Notes under the pieces: generated by a model
The model's database searches: none
What the model was told of the DNA's origin: nothing
The model's input: the letters and a program-made list of their open reading frames with translations, nothing else
Source: Candidatus Bathyarchaeota archaeon
GTDB taxonomy: Archaea > Thermoproteota > Bathyarchaeia > TCS64
Assembly (NCBI GenBank): GCA_043826455.1
Contig: JBDRQD010000028.1
Coordinates: 1-50,242 of the forward strand
Direction: 5' to 3'
DNA length: 50,242 nt
In this document: positions 7,468-17,474 of the stretch, one piece after another
Layout: every line of letters begins with the position of its first letter
Position numbering within the stretch: position 1 is the first letter of the stretch
Made by a program: the position numbers and the translations under genes

Positions 7468-8337
7468 TTATTCTGGTCTCTTGATTTTCTGTTCGGCTAT
7501 ATCATGTGCTGTTATACTTGGATGATGGTATCTTCCATTCTGCTCGGTGTACGACTTCAGGTACCACCTGGATTTTATCTGGATGGACTGCTCCGGACAG
7601 TAGTTGAAGCACGCGAAGCAGCCGTAGCACGCCGCCTCTTTAAGCCAAACCGGTTTTCCGTCAACCAACTCTATTTTCCGGGCTAGGCAAATCGTTTCGC
7701 ATAACCTGCAGCCGTTGCACTTGGAGTCCGCGTAGAAGTCGAAATTGCTTTCAGCGAGCTTGCCGATGGGGAGTAGAACCGGGATGAGAAGGTTGATGAT
7801 GGGTAGAAAGGGCACCATGAAGGAGGGTGGAGGGGCCACGCTGCTCAGGTCTTCTTCCCGGTGAGTCTCCCTGTCCATGATTATTCTTTGAATGGAGTCA
7901 AGTCGTCTCTGAGCCTCAGACTCCAAAGACGCTATCTTCTCGGGGGTTATCTGCGCCTCGGGGTCTTTGAGGATCGCCGCGCTGCCGCTGGGCATGGTGA
8001 TGACGAAAAAAGAGTCGAGCCTTCTGCCCCGCTTACCCAACACCTTGTCTATCTCACCGAAGGCTCGGCACTCTGTGCCTCCCCTCGTCGCCACAGCGAA
8101 AATGTACTTGGCTGAACCCAAGTCGAGTCTCTTTATGAACTTTTCAAAGATTTTTGGGGCCATGGAGGCGTACTGCGGAAACACGAAGCCCACGGCCTCC
8201 GCGCTGGCCTTAACGGATTCCACGTCTAACAGGCTCACTATCGGCGTGAGCCTCGTCCCCGGTATACGCTTCTGAAGCTCCCTCGCTACGTGAAGCGAGT
8301 TTCCGGTCCCTGAGAAATAGTATATTTCTGTGCTCAT
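7468..8337 (-). CDS. EFR1-family ferredoxin (flavodoxin-like + 2x[4Fe-4S])
   Basis: YYFSGTGNS N-terminus; CNGCRLCETIC and CYGCFACFNYCP. Confidence 0.9.
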   Translation of the reverse strand: MSTEIYYFSGTGNSLHVARELQKRIPGTRLTPIVSLLDVESVKASAEAVGFVFPQYASMAPKIFEKFIKRLDLGSAKYIFAVATRGGTECRAFGEIDKVLGKRGRRLDSFFVITMPSGSAAILKDPEAQITPEKIASLESEAQRRLDSIQRIIMDRETHREEDLSSVAPPPSFMVPFLPIINLLIPVLLPIGKLAESNFDFYADSKCNGCRLCETICLARKIELVDGKPVWLKEAACYGCFACFNYCPEQSIQIKSRWYLKSYTEQNGRYHHPSITAHDIAEQKIKRPE

Positions 8338-8535
8338 GGAGGCATCATTAATTCATCGACTTCTACGATAAGAATTACTAGCACAATTAGATATCAGGTT
8401 GGCACTCATGTTCACGAGGATCAAAGTTATTTGAAAGGAGATTATCGGGAGGTACATCCATCGAGGTTTCAGCGTCCCCCCATTTAGGGTGCAATTGACG
8501 AAGAGGCGTTGCCTTAACAGAAAAGCGGATAAGGG

Positions 8536-9561
8536 GTGAACCGGATGGTGAATGGGTTTCAGGTGAGCTTAACGAGGCACGAGTTCAACCGGCGGCTGCT
8601 GGAAAGCAGGCTGATGCTGCCGCCCCTGGCGGGGTACACGGACCACCCGTACCGCTGCATACTGGCCGGCTTCCACCCGCCCTTCATCTGCACGGAGATG
8701 GTCAGCCCCCACGGCATAATACACAGAAACCCAAAGGTCATGCGGAGCCTTGAACTCATCGAGGGGCCGCATCTGAGCGGCGTCCAGCTGGTGGGCGACG
8801 ACCCCCAGGCCATGGCCGAGGCGACGCGCATCGTCGAGTCCATCGGCTACGACTACGTTGACATCAACATGGGGTGCACCGTGGCTGCGGTCACTCGCAG
8901 CGGCGCGGGCGTCTCCCTCATGAGGTCCCAGGAGAAGGCGATCGGGGTCGCCAGGGCCGTCGCTGATGCCGTGAGTATTTCTGTGACGTGCAAGATGCGT
9001 CTCGGGGCGTCCAGCGGGAACATGAACGCGGTCCAGCTGTCCATGGGGCTGGCGGATGCGGGCGTCTCAGCAATAACAATTCACGGGAGGAGTGGCGACA
9101 AGAAGTTCGGTCTGCCGGTGGACTACGACGGGATAAGGGCGGTGGTGGAGGCCGTTGATGTCCCCGTCGTGGCTAACGGCGGCATATTCACGGGGAGGGA
9201 CGCGCTGGTGATGGCGGAGCGGACGGGGGCTACGGCGGTGATGCCGGGCCGCGGCCTCATCGGAAACCCCTGGCTGGTGACGGAGATACGGTCAGCGTTC
9301 ACCGGTGAGGCATACGCCCCGCCGTCGCTGGAGGAGCGAAAGGAGGTGTGCCTCAGGCACCTGCGCACGCTGTGCGGCTTCTACGGGGAGCAGAAGGGCG
9401 TAATAGCCATGAGGCGGGTGCTCCACGAGTACTTCTCCGGGTGCCACCGCCTTTATGCGCTGAAGCATGAGATGCTAAGAGTCACCTCCTATAACGATGT
9501 CCAGGCTCTACTGGATCGGGTTCATGAAGATGGGCCTTACATGTTCTTCAGCGAGACGTGA
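8536..9561 (+). CDS. dus: tRNA-dihydrouridine synthase (DusB-like)
   Basis: LPPLAGYTD, TEMV, DINMGC, IHGR, VVANGGI, GRGLIGNPW; exact start uncertain. Confidence 0.9.
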   Translation: MNRMVNGFQVSLTRHEFNRRLLESRLMLPPLAGYTDHPYRCILAGFHPPFICTEMVSPHGIIHRNPKVMRSLELIEGPHLSGVQLVGDDPQAMAEATRIVESIGYDYVDINMGCTVAAVTRSGAGVSLMRSQEKAIGVARAVADAVSISVTCKMRLGASSGNMNAVQLSMGLADAGVSAITIHGRSGDKKFGLPVDYDGIRAVVEAVDVPVVANGGIFTGRDALVMAERTGATAVMPGRGLIGNPWLVTEIRSAFTGEAYAPPSLEERKEVCLRHLRTLCGFYGEQKGVIAMRRVLHEYFSGCHRLYALKHEMLRVTSYNDVQALLDRVHEDGPYMFFSET

Positions 9562-9646
9562 TAGATTGGTGTAAGATGGGGCTCGTAGCCTCTCGAACAG
9601 GCGAGCCTAGATAACCCATATATTTTCACGGTAAGCCGGTAGAACC

Positions 9647-10144
9647 ATGCCCGGCATCCATATGAGGAGGAAGGACAAGGAGGTCACAGACCCCTCCGAG
9701 CTCGTCAAGCCCCTTAAGGAGGCGGCCTATATCACGCTGGCGCTGTGCAAGGACAACGTCCCTTACATCTCGACCCTGAGCCACGGCTACGACGAGGCCA
9801 ACAACTGCATCTACTTCCACTGCGCCAACGAGGGAAAGAAGGTGGACATCCTCCGGGCCAACCCCGTCATCTGGGGGCAGGCGCTAATCGACGGCGGTTA
9901 CCAGCAGGGTAGCTGCGACCACCTGTACCACACCGCCCAGTTCAGGGGCGTGGTCAGCTTCGTCGAGGGCTTCGAGGAGAAGAGGCGTGCGCTGGAGATC
10001 ATGGTGAAGCAGCTCGACGACAACCCCGAGGACATTATAGAGAGACAGGTAAAGCCGGGCAGCGTCTCGAAGGTGCTTGTAGGCCGAATCGACATCGTCG
10101 AGATGACCGGGAAAAAGGCGGACAAGGTCATCATATCGCTATAA
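9647..10144 (+). CDS. Pyridoxamine 5'-phosphate oxidase-like (NimA-type) FMN-binding protein
   Basis: MRRKDKE, PY...YFHCANEGKK, MTGK. Confidence 0.85.
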   Translation: MPGIHMRRKDKEVTDPSELVKPLKEAAYITLALCKDNVPYISTLSHGYDEANNCIYFHCANEGKKVDILRANPVIWGQALIDGGYQQGSCDHLYHTAQFRGVVSFVEGFEEKRRALEIMVKQLDDNPEDIIERQVKPGSVSKVLVGRIDIVEMTGKKADKVIISL

Positions 10145-10169
10145 GCGACGCAATGTATCCGAGGGATAA

Positions 10170-11408
10170 CTAGGCTTCAGGGATCGCCGCAACGATCTTC
10201 TGGATGAGGGTCTTCATGAAGAGGGCTCGGTCCTCGCCTGCCCCGTTCTCGTTTCCCTGCCGGACCACCACAAGGTCCAGGCTTGGAACAACATAGCTGT
10301 GGTTCACGTTGTGGCCCCGCGACATGAACGTGTCCCCTGGCACATTCTCCCAATCATCGGCGACCCAGAAAGTGAAACCATAGTTCATGGACTCCCCGTT
10401 AGCCTGCACGTGCCGGGTGGTCGCCCGCCTCATCCACTCCTCGGCTACCAGCTGCCGGCCACCCCACCGCCCCCTCCTCAGCCAAAGGTACCCCAGCCTG
10501 GCGAAGTCCCGAGCCGTGCAACGGAAGGTGCTGCCCACCACCGAGTTGTACCCGTATGGGCTGTGACTCCTGTCGGCGCCGTAGGCGTTGCACCCCGTGC
10601 TGCCGCCTCTCCCCCACCCCGGCTCACCGGAGTAGTTCAGCTCCCTCTCATCCGCGTAGGGCATCTCCCTGTACTGGTTGTCCCGGACCCCGACGGGCAT
10701 CCCGATGGGACCGAGTACCCGGTCGTAGACGTAGGGGCCCAACTCCTCCCCTGACAGGTTCCTCATGGCTAGGGCCATCATCTCCAGCCCAAAGTTGCTG
10801 TAGTTGAACCCATGCCCCGGCTCGAACAGCAGGGTGTGCTGCGCGGGGACCCCGTCGAATCCCCACCAGCCGAAGCAGTACTCGTACATCTGGTAGGCGC
10901 CCGAGTAGCCTGGGCTGTGGCGGCGGGTACTCGGGGCCAGCCAGGGCTCACGGGTCTCATGGCCCGAGGTCATGGAGAGAACGTGCCTGACCTTGACCCT
11001 GGTCTTACTCTCGTCCGTGAGGGGCTGATCCCATATCTGGGGAATGAGGGAGTCCTCGCGGCAGGTCCCCAACAATAGAGTGTCTAGGTTAACCCTGTCA
11101 CCGTATTCCTCAAGAAAGACCCCCGCCGCTGTGCCGAACACGGATTTAGTGGACGACTTCATGTCGTTACATGTGTACGGAGTCCACGGCTGTGGTCCAC
11201 CTTCTGTCCCCGTCACGTAGCTCTCACCGACGATGTACCCATTGTAGACGATGACGAGGGCGCCTCCACGGGTTCTGCTGAAAACAGCGTTATCATGGTA
11301 GTTTATGGCGTCATGTAGCCTGCCTGAGTCTACTCCTAGAGTATGCGGGTCTTTAACGCGCCAGCCTCCGTCCTGTTCGGGTGGGGGAAAATATTCTTCA
11401 TCAGCCAA
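10170..11408 (-). CDS. Serine hydrolase, beta-lactamase class C-like family
   Basis: SxxK (SSTK), LSMTSG, FNYSN, ARDFARLGYLWL, LDLVVVR; start set to TTG 11408 because the longer ORF overlaps the nitroreductase. Confidence 0.85.
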   Translation of the reverse strand: MADEEYFPPPEQDGGWRVKDPHTLGVDSGRLHDAINYHDNAVFSRTRGGALVIVYNGYIVGESYVTGTEGGPQPWTPYTCNDMKSSTKSVFGTAAGVFLEEYGDRVNLDTLLLGTCREDSLIPQIWDQPLTDESKTRVKVRHVLSMTSGHETREPWLAPSTRRHSPGYSGAYQMYEYCFGWWGFDGVPAQHTLLFEPGHGFNYSNFGLEMMALAMRNLSGEELGPYVYDRVLGPIGMPVGVRDNQYREMPYADERELNYSGEPGWGRGGSTGCNAYGADRSHSPYGYNSVVGSTFRCTARDFARLGYLWLRRGRWGGRQLVAEEWMRRATTRHVQANGESMNYGFTFWVADDWENVPGDTFMSRGHNVNHSYVVPSLDLVVVRQGNENGAGEDRALFMKTLIQKIVAAIPEA

Positions 11409-11539
11409 GGTCCTGCACCTGTTATCTGAAGCCTTATGGATTTTAAAGGTGTGCGCGGGCGCTATGATTTGAAATGTGTGTAGAAAAGTGTCGGATGCGT
11501 CTCCGCTGGGCTGGTGGTTGGATTTGAAGAGGGTGTGCG

Positions 11540-12049
11540 TTACCACTTCTCCTCGTGAACCCGGTCCTGCCTGTACCTGTTTGCAGGCGGCTTCTCCTCG
11601 TCTGGGACTCCTATCGCTACGACGCAGAGGGGGTGCACCTGCTTGGGCAGCCCCAGCATTTCGCGGACCTTCCACACCACGTCGTCGTTGGGGTATAGCC
11701 CGCACCAGGTCGCACCGTAGCCCAGCGCGTGGACGGCCAGCAGCAGGTTCTCCGTGGCTGCAGAACAGTCCTGGACCCAGAACCCGGGGCACGTCTGAAG
11801 CTCGGGGTCCGCGCAGACCACCACAGCCACGGACGCCTTCTCAAGCATCCTAGTGTAGGGCTGAGCCTCCATGATCCTCTTGAAGGTCTCCCTGCTCCTC
11901 ACCACCACGTAGTGCCAGGGCTGCTGGTTGCATGCTGAGGGCGCCGCCATGGCGGCCTCAAGGAACCGGTTCACGTCCTCGTCTGGGACCGTCTCACCGG
12001 TGAACTTGCGTATGCTTCTCCTGCCAAGAATTGCTTTCATCGCGTCCAA
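11540..12049 (-). CDS. Nitroreductase family protein
   Basis: RRSIRKF, APSACNQQPW, QDCSAATENLLLA. Confidence 0.92.
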   Translation of the reverse strand: MDAMKAILGRRSIRKFTGETVPDEDVNRFLEAAMAAPSACNQQPWHYVVVRSRETFKRIMEAQPYTRMLEKASVAVVVCADPELQTCPGFWVQDCSAATENLLLAVHALGYGATWCGLYPNDDVVWKVREMLGLPKQVHPLCVVAIGVPDEEKPPANRYRQDRVHEEKW

Positions 12050-12125
12050 GGTAATCGGAGATGATGGAGCATGGGCTTATTAAAACCCGGGGGTCGCAGA
12101 CATTGAATCGAGATAATTATCGGCT

Positions 12126-13031
12126 CTAGATTAACAGCTGCAGCGCCACCAGGACAGCGATCAGCCCACCTAGGAGCATCGCCGCCCTTTTATTCGCTTT
12201 AACCGCTTCCTCACCCTTCTTCGCGTCCACCAGTTTCATGATGTACACCGACGTTGCCAGGTTGAACAGGAAGATGATGTACACAGTGAGCATCATCCTG
12301 TCAGCCAGGGTCAGGTACCCCGTGGGCGGCAACGCGTTCAGCAGGCTGATGTGGAAGGCCGAGGCAGCCATGAGGGTCGACACGGCGAGGCCGATCCTCT
12401 GGCCAAAGTTCTGGGGGGCTATGAAGAAGGTGAGCAGGGAAATGACTGTGATGACTGTTATGGGTAGCACGTTCTTCACCAGAGACGACAGCATGGGCCG
12501 ACCCACACGGAGGCTGAACACCAGGTTGCTGAAGCTGTTGCCGCTGAACCTGTGAACGCGGACGCTGGTCTCGTAGTCCAGGAGGTCCCAGCCCACGACG
12601 TTCACCCCCTCATCTACGCTGGAGTCGGCGTCAGCGACGTACACCAGAGCCGAGCTGTTAAGGTTCTTGTGCTCCATGGACACCACCAGGTCGTGGCTCT
12701 CGAAGGGGTACCTGCTGAAGTCGAAGGTCTTAACGAAGTCGCCCTTAACCCTGTACTGGAGGAAACCCTCCTCCTCAGTCACGTAGACTATGTCCTTGGA
12801 CGGTGCACCGTTGAGGAACTCAAAGTCCTGGACCTGCTTCAGGGTGAGCTCCCCAGGGGTCCAGCTGAACCAGAGGTAAAAATCCAGGCGGTACGTACTC
12901 GAAGCAAGGTCCACCTTCTCCACGTTCAGGAGGCGGACGCCCCCCAAGACTTCCGCAGGCGCAGCCCGCGCCACGGATGGCGTCGATGATATGATGGCTG
13001 CGATGAGCAGCATGGCAATGAATGATTTCAC
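12126..13031 (-). CDS. Pentameric ligand-gated ion channel (GLIC/ELIC-like, Pro-loop) homologue
   Basis: Signal peptide; VDLASSTYRLDFYLWFSW, DFSRYPFESHDL (YPF loop), four TM helices with LPPTGYLTLAD M2-M3 loop; start GTG 13031 inferred. Confidence 0.8.
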   Translation of the reverse strand: MKSFIAMLLIAAIISSTPSVARAAPAEVLGGVRLLNVEKVDLASSTYRLDFYLWFSWTPGELTLKQVQDFEFLNGAPSKDIVYVTEEEGFLQYRVKGDFVKTFDFSRYPFESHDLVVSMEHKNLNSSALVYVADADSSVDEGVNVVGWDLLDYETSVRVHRFSGNSFSNLVFSLRVGRPMLSSLVKNVLPITVITVISLLTFFIAPQNFGQRIGLAVSTLMAASAFHISLLNALPPTGYLTLADRMMLTVYIIFLFNLATSVYIMKLVDAKKGEEAVKANKRAAMLLGGLIAVLVALQLLI

Positions 13032-13153
13032 GGCGAGCCCACCTGAGCCTACTGCCAAACGATTACAAGACACAGTGTCTAGGATAACCCTGTGTTTGAA
13101 AAGGTTTCGCGGACGCATCTGTTGGGTGTTCAATGTGCAGTGAGAAGCCCACG

Positions 13154-13999
13154 TCACTTTTCCAGGTGGACCTCCATCACAATGAAGTCCGAGGCACCGA
13201 CGCTGAAACCATAACCTGTCAGCGCCTCATGCACGTCCTTAGCTGAGGGCGGGTACTGGATGTTAAGCCGCCTCGCCCCCCGCTTCAGACATGTACTCAT
13301 GGCAAAGTCCAGGCAGGAGCGAAGGTCGCCGTCAAGAACGCCTATGTGGAGGGCGTCCTCAGGCATGAACCGGGCGCCCACGGTGACCACGTTGCAGGTG
13401 TCAGGGTCCGCGTACACCATGCCGCTCTCGGCCAGGTACCTGCAGAGAGCCGGGGTGAACCTGTAGAAGGTGCGGTTCATCACCAGGAATCCCGCCCACT
13501 TGTCCTTCAGGGGCATCAGCAGCTCGGTGGCCTCCTCTGGGTCGGCCACTTGTCTGAACTTCGCTACCTTCGTGGAGGTGCCCTTATTGCACTGCATCCT
13601 GGCCTCCTTGTAGGTCCCAGCAACCCTGAGTCCGAACCTCTCAGCCAGCCCCTTGCTCACCACGTTGCCGGTACCCGTGTACATGCGCAGGGTGGCCACG
13701 CTCTGGCTATGCGCCAGCTCGAACCAACGCTCGTAGAGGCGCTTGCCCACACCCAAGCCCTGCCTCTCAGGTATCACCCGGAGGGTCTCCAGCCACGCCG
13801 AGCCGTCGGGGAGAACCGTGTACTTGCCGCAGCCCACTATCTCTCCGTCCAGCTCGGCCACGCTCCAGTCGCCGGTCTCGTCGCCCAGGAACATGTCCCA
13901 GACGTGGGGCACGTAGCTGAGGTTGGGGGTGGACTTGGACTCCACCCAGATCACCTTGTCCCGGTCCCCGGGCCTCGCCTTCCGCAACTTGATCTCCAT
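13154..13999 (-). CDS. GNAT family acetyltransferase
   Basis: LRKARPGD, WLETLRVIPERQGLGVG; ATG 13999. Confidence 0.85.
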   Translation of the reverse strand: MEIKLRKARPGDRDKVIWVESKSTPNLSYVPHVWDMFLGDETGDWSVAELDGEIVGCGKYTVLPDGSAWLETLRVIPERQGLGVGKRLYERWFELAHSQSVATLRMYTGTGNVVSKGLAERFGLRVAGTYKEARMQCNKGTSTKVAKFRQVADPEEATELLMPLKDKWAGFLVMNRTFYRFTPALCRYLAESGMVYADPDTCNVVTVGARFMPEDALHIGVLDGDLRSCLDFAMSTCLKRGARRLNIQYPPSAKDVHEALTGYGFSVGASDFIVMEVHLEK

Positions 14000-14217
14000 G
14001 CTTGAACGACCTACGCTGACTTCTCCCCAGACGCTCTCCCAGTTATTTACTTTTTCCAATGCTGCGGCCATCAACGAGGCAGGCATCAGACCCACTAGCA
14101 ATGCCCAGAGCTAGGCGCCGACTTTTAGCCGATGATGGGTTATCATGCTGGTCTATGCGCAGGCATGAAGAGACCTTCAATCCTCTTTTAAGTCTCAAGC
14201 CTCATCTCAGATTCAAG

Positions 14218-15384
14218 ATGTGTAAGGCAAGTAAGACCGTGTTAGCGGCTCTCCTGATACTCTTTACGTTAGTTCCTCACGCCTCGGCCACCGAGTCACC
14301 TTCACCCCGTCACGGGGCCAGAATGATCTACGACCCAGTGAACCAGAGAGTACTGCTCTTCGGCGGAGCCAAGTACGAGAACAGGTACACCTTCTACAGC
14401 GACATGTGGGCCTTCGACACCGCCTCGGAGAAATGGACCAGAGCAGAGGCACCCGCCGGTCCAGAGGGCAGGTTCAACCACAACATGGTGTACGACCCGG
14501 ACAGGCACCAGATCATCCTCTTCGGCGGCTTCAGCGGCAGCGACAGAATCGGTGACACATGGATCTACAGCGTGGCTGAGAACACTTGGACCCGGATCAA
14601 CGTTAGCCCCTCGCCACCGCCCAGGAGCGACGCCGGTTTCGTCTACGACGAGGCCCACGGCGTCGCCATCCTCTTCTCAGGCTACGGCCTCAACGACTTC
14701 CACCACGACGACACATGGGTCTTCGACCCCGACGCCGGAGTCTGGACCCAGATGAGCCCACCGACAAGTCCCCCCACCATGTATGGCTGCATGATGGTCT
14801 ACGACAGGGCCAACCAGGCTTCGCTCCTCCACGGAGGCCACTGGGTGTCCAACACCCAGAGCAGCGTCCACGGTTACATAAGCAGCGTATGGACCTACAG
14901 CCTCGACCAGGACACTTGGACCGAGATACAGACGGCCTCCAAGCCGTCGGGCCGGTACTGGCACATGATGGCCTACGACACGAGCCGCGGAGAGTCCCTC
15001 ATATACGGGGGCTCCGCCGGCGGCGGCGACCCGAAGAGCGACGCCTGGACCTACGACTATGCCGGGAACACGTGGACCCAGGTGACCCAAGATGGGGGCC
15101 CCGGCCCAAGAGAGAACACATGGATCGCCTACAATGAAGCCAACAACGCCTACGTCCTCTTCGGTGGCCTCGGCCCCGGCAGCCAAGCATTGGCCCTCAA
15201 GGGGGACACCTGGATATTGCGGCTGGAGGGTGACCAAGGTAGCTGGGCTCTTGTGGGGGCGGAGCCGGCCGAGGAGCCGGCCACGGAGCCGCCCCCGGAG
15301 GGCATCCCAAGTTATCCGTTGACGGCGATGACAGTATCCCTGGCGCTGGCTGCGTGGGCCCTGAGAAGGAGAGCCGATAAATAA
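14218..15384 (+). CDS. Secreted Kelch-repeat beta-propeller with C-terminal sorting/anchor signal
   Basis: Six repeats of P.R...M.YD...LFGG...D.W; signal peptide; Pro/Glu linker, GIPSYP + TM + RRR. Confidence 0.88.
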   Translation: MCKASKTVLAALLILFTLVPHASATESPSPRHGARMIYDPVNQRVLLFGGAKYENRYTFYSDMWAFDTASEKWTRAEAPAGPEGRFNHNMVYDPDRHQIILFGGFSGSDRIGDTWIYSVAENTWTRINVSPSPPPRSDAGFVYDEAHGVAILFSGYGLNDFHHDDTWVFDPDAGVWTQMSPPTSPPTMYGCMMVYDRANQASLLHGGHWVSNTQSSVHGYISSVWTYSLDQDTWTEIQTASKPSGRYWHMMAYDTSRGESLIYGGSAGGGDPKSDAWTYDYAGNTWTQVTQDGGPGPRENTWIAYNEANNAYVLFGGLGPGSQALALKGDTWILRLEGDQGSWALVGAEPAEEPATEPPPEGIPSYPLTAMTVSLALAAWALRRRADK

Positions 15385-15406
15385 ACGGCCGACCCAACAA
15401 TACGGG

Positions 15407-16177
15407 ATGGCCTCCACCTTCAACGACTCAGCCGAGCTCTACGACGCGGTGCGGCCAGGCTACCCCCAGGAGCTATTCGATGACGTTGAGCTGTTGACTG
15501 GCTTGAGGGTGGGCTCCAGGGTTCTGGAGGTCGGCTGCGGCACAGGCCAGGCCACCGTGTGCTTCGCTGAGAGAGGCTACAGGGTGGTCTGCGTCGACCC
15601 CGGCGGAGCCTTAGTGGGGGTGGCGAGGCGGAAGCTGGCGGGGAACCCCGTGGAGTTCGTTGCATCCCGGTTCGAGGACTGGCCTCTGACCGGCCAGTTC
15701 GATGTGGTGGCATCGGGGACCGCCTGGCACTGGGTAGACCCCGCCGTCGGTTACCTTAAGGCGGCAGCGGCTCTCAAGGACGACGGCTTCATCGCCCTCT
15801 TCTGGAACCTTCACCCCACCCCCTACACCGGTTTCTTCGAGGCAGTACAGAGAGTCTACGGCTCAGTAGTCCCAGAGTGGGATGACCCCCAGGACAGGCC
15901 CTCCACGGAGCAAAGAATTGAAGGGATAAACGCCGAGATCGAGGCATCAGGGCAGTTCGCTAAGCCAGTCGTCAAGCAGTACACCTGGTCGAGGGCCTAC
16001 AGTAAGGAGGACTACCTGAGGCTCCTGGACACCTACTCGGACCACCGGTCGCTGCCCGGTACCACAAAGGAGCGCCTGTACAGTGGAGTAGGCCACCTCA
16101 TTGAGGAAGAGTACGGTGGCAGGGTGGAGAGACCTTACCTGACGGCCCTCTTCGTCGCCCGGAAGGCCCCTAGATAG
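15407..16177 (+). CDS. Class I SAM-dependent methyltransferase
   Basis: YDAVRPGYP, VLEVGCGTGQAT, AWHW. Confidence 0.9.
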   Translation: MASTFNDSAELYDAVRPGYPQELFDDVELLTGLRVGSRVLEVGCGTGQATVCFAERGYRVVCVDPGGALVGVARRKLAGNPVEFVASRFEDWPLTGQFDVVASGTAWHWVDPAVGYLKAAAALKDDGFIALFWNLHPTPYTGFFEAVQRVYGSVVPEWDDPQDRPSTEQRIEGINAEIEASGQFAKPVVKQYTWSRAYSKEDYLRLLDTYSDHRSLPGTTKERLYSGVGHLIEEEYGGRVERPYLTALFVARKAPR

Positions 16178-17372
16178 CCCCCTTCTCCCTTAGGCTCTTG
16201 ATCTCGTCTTCGCTGTAGCCAGCCAACTCCCGTAGAACCTCCTCTGTGTGCTGGCCTAGGGTGGGCGGCGCGTCCCCCATGACGCAGGGGGTGCCGCTCA
16301 TCTTGAGGACGGGCCCCACCTGCTTCACCTTGCCAGCCGTGGGGTGGTCCACCTCCTTCACCATGCCCCGCTCCAGCACCTGGGGGTCTCTGAAGAGTTC
16401 GTCCAACAGGTAAACGGGTGCGCAGGGAAATCCCACCTCCTTCAGGGCCTCCAGCCACTCATCCCTTGGCTTCTTCATGAACTCGGCCTCCAGCAACGGT
16501 ATGAGAACGTCCCTGTTGGAGACCCGGAGCTCGTTGGATGTGAACCTAGGGTCGGTTTTTATGGCCAGGCCCATGGCGTCGCACATCATCTCCCAGAGTC
16601 TGTCGTTGCCGCAGGCCACCAGGATGTGCTTGCCGTCTCCAGACTCGAAGCCCTGGTAGGGCACTATGCTGGGGTGGGCCGAGCCCATCCTCGGCGGGTT
16701 CGCGCCCGTGGCGAAGTAGTTGCCGGAGGCGTAGGTCATCCAGCTCACGGAGCCGTCCAGCATGGACACGTCTATGTATTGGCCTTCGCCGGTTGCGTCC
16801 CGGGCCCGCAGAGCCGCCAGGATACCTATGACTCCGTACATACCCGCACCGATGTCGGTGACCGCCATCCCAACCCGTACAGGTGGCCTGCCCGGCTCGC
16901 CCGTGAGCCCCATGAGGCCACCCATGCCCTGGACTATTAGGTCGTATCCGGGCCACTGGTTGTAGGGCCCCGTCTGACCGAAGCTGCTGATGCTGCAGTA
17001 TATGATCCTGGGATTCACCTTCTTGACAGCATCATAGTCGATGCCCAGACGCTGGGTCACTCCCGGCCTATAGTTCTCCAGGAACACGTCGCACCCTGCA
17101 GCCAGCCTGAGAAGGGTCTCCCGGGCCGCGTCCTCCTTCAGGTTCAGTGTGACGCTCTTCTTACCCCTGTTCACGGACATGAAGTAGCTGCTCTCACCCC
17201 CGATGTAGGGGGGGAAGGCCCTGGTGTCGTCCCCAGACCCTGGAATCTCGACCTTGATGATCTCGGCGCCCAGGTCCGAGAGGGTCATGCTGCAGAAGGG
17301 GCCGGCCAGAACCCTGCTCAGGTCCAGGACCCTTACGCCTTTCAGGGGCGGGTCGCCCGCGTTGAGCTTCAT
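16170..17372 (-). CDS. Family III CoA-transferase (CaiB/BaiF)
   Basis: PLKGVRVLDLSRVLAGP, NRGKKS, ENYRPG, PTLGQHT. Confidence 0.95.
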   Translation of the reverse strand: MKLNAGDPPLKGVRVLDLSRVLAGPFCSMTLSDLGAEIIKVEIPGSGDDTRAFPPYIGGESSYFMSVNRGKKSVTLNLKEDAARETLLRLAAGCDVFLENYRPGVTQRLGIDYDAVKKVNPRIIYCSISSFGQTGPYNQWPGYDLIVQGMGGLMGLTGEPGRPPVRVGMAVTDIGAGMYGVIGILAALRARDATGEGQYIDVSMLDGSVSWMTYASGNYFATGANPPRMGSAHPSIVPYQGFESGDGKHILVACGNDRLWEMMCDAMGLAIKTDPRFTSNELRVSNRDVLIPLLEAEFMKKPRDEWLEALKEVGFPCAPVYLLDELFRDPQVLERGMVKEVDHPTAGKVKQVGPVLKMSGTPCVMGDAPPTLGQHTEEVLRELAGYSEDEIKSLREKGAI

Positions 17373-17474
17373 GGATTAGTATCATCCGCGACGGTAACAT
17401 TAGTTTTGTCTTCGCGCGGCCTAGTCTCTATCTTTAAATGTGAGCCGCCTTTGATATGCGGCGAGGCGAGGCGG

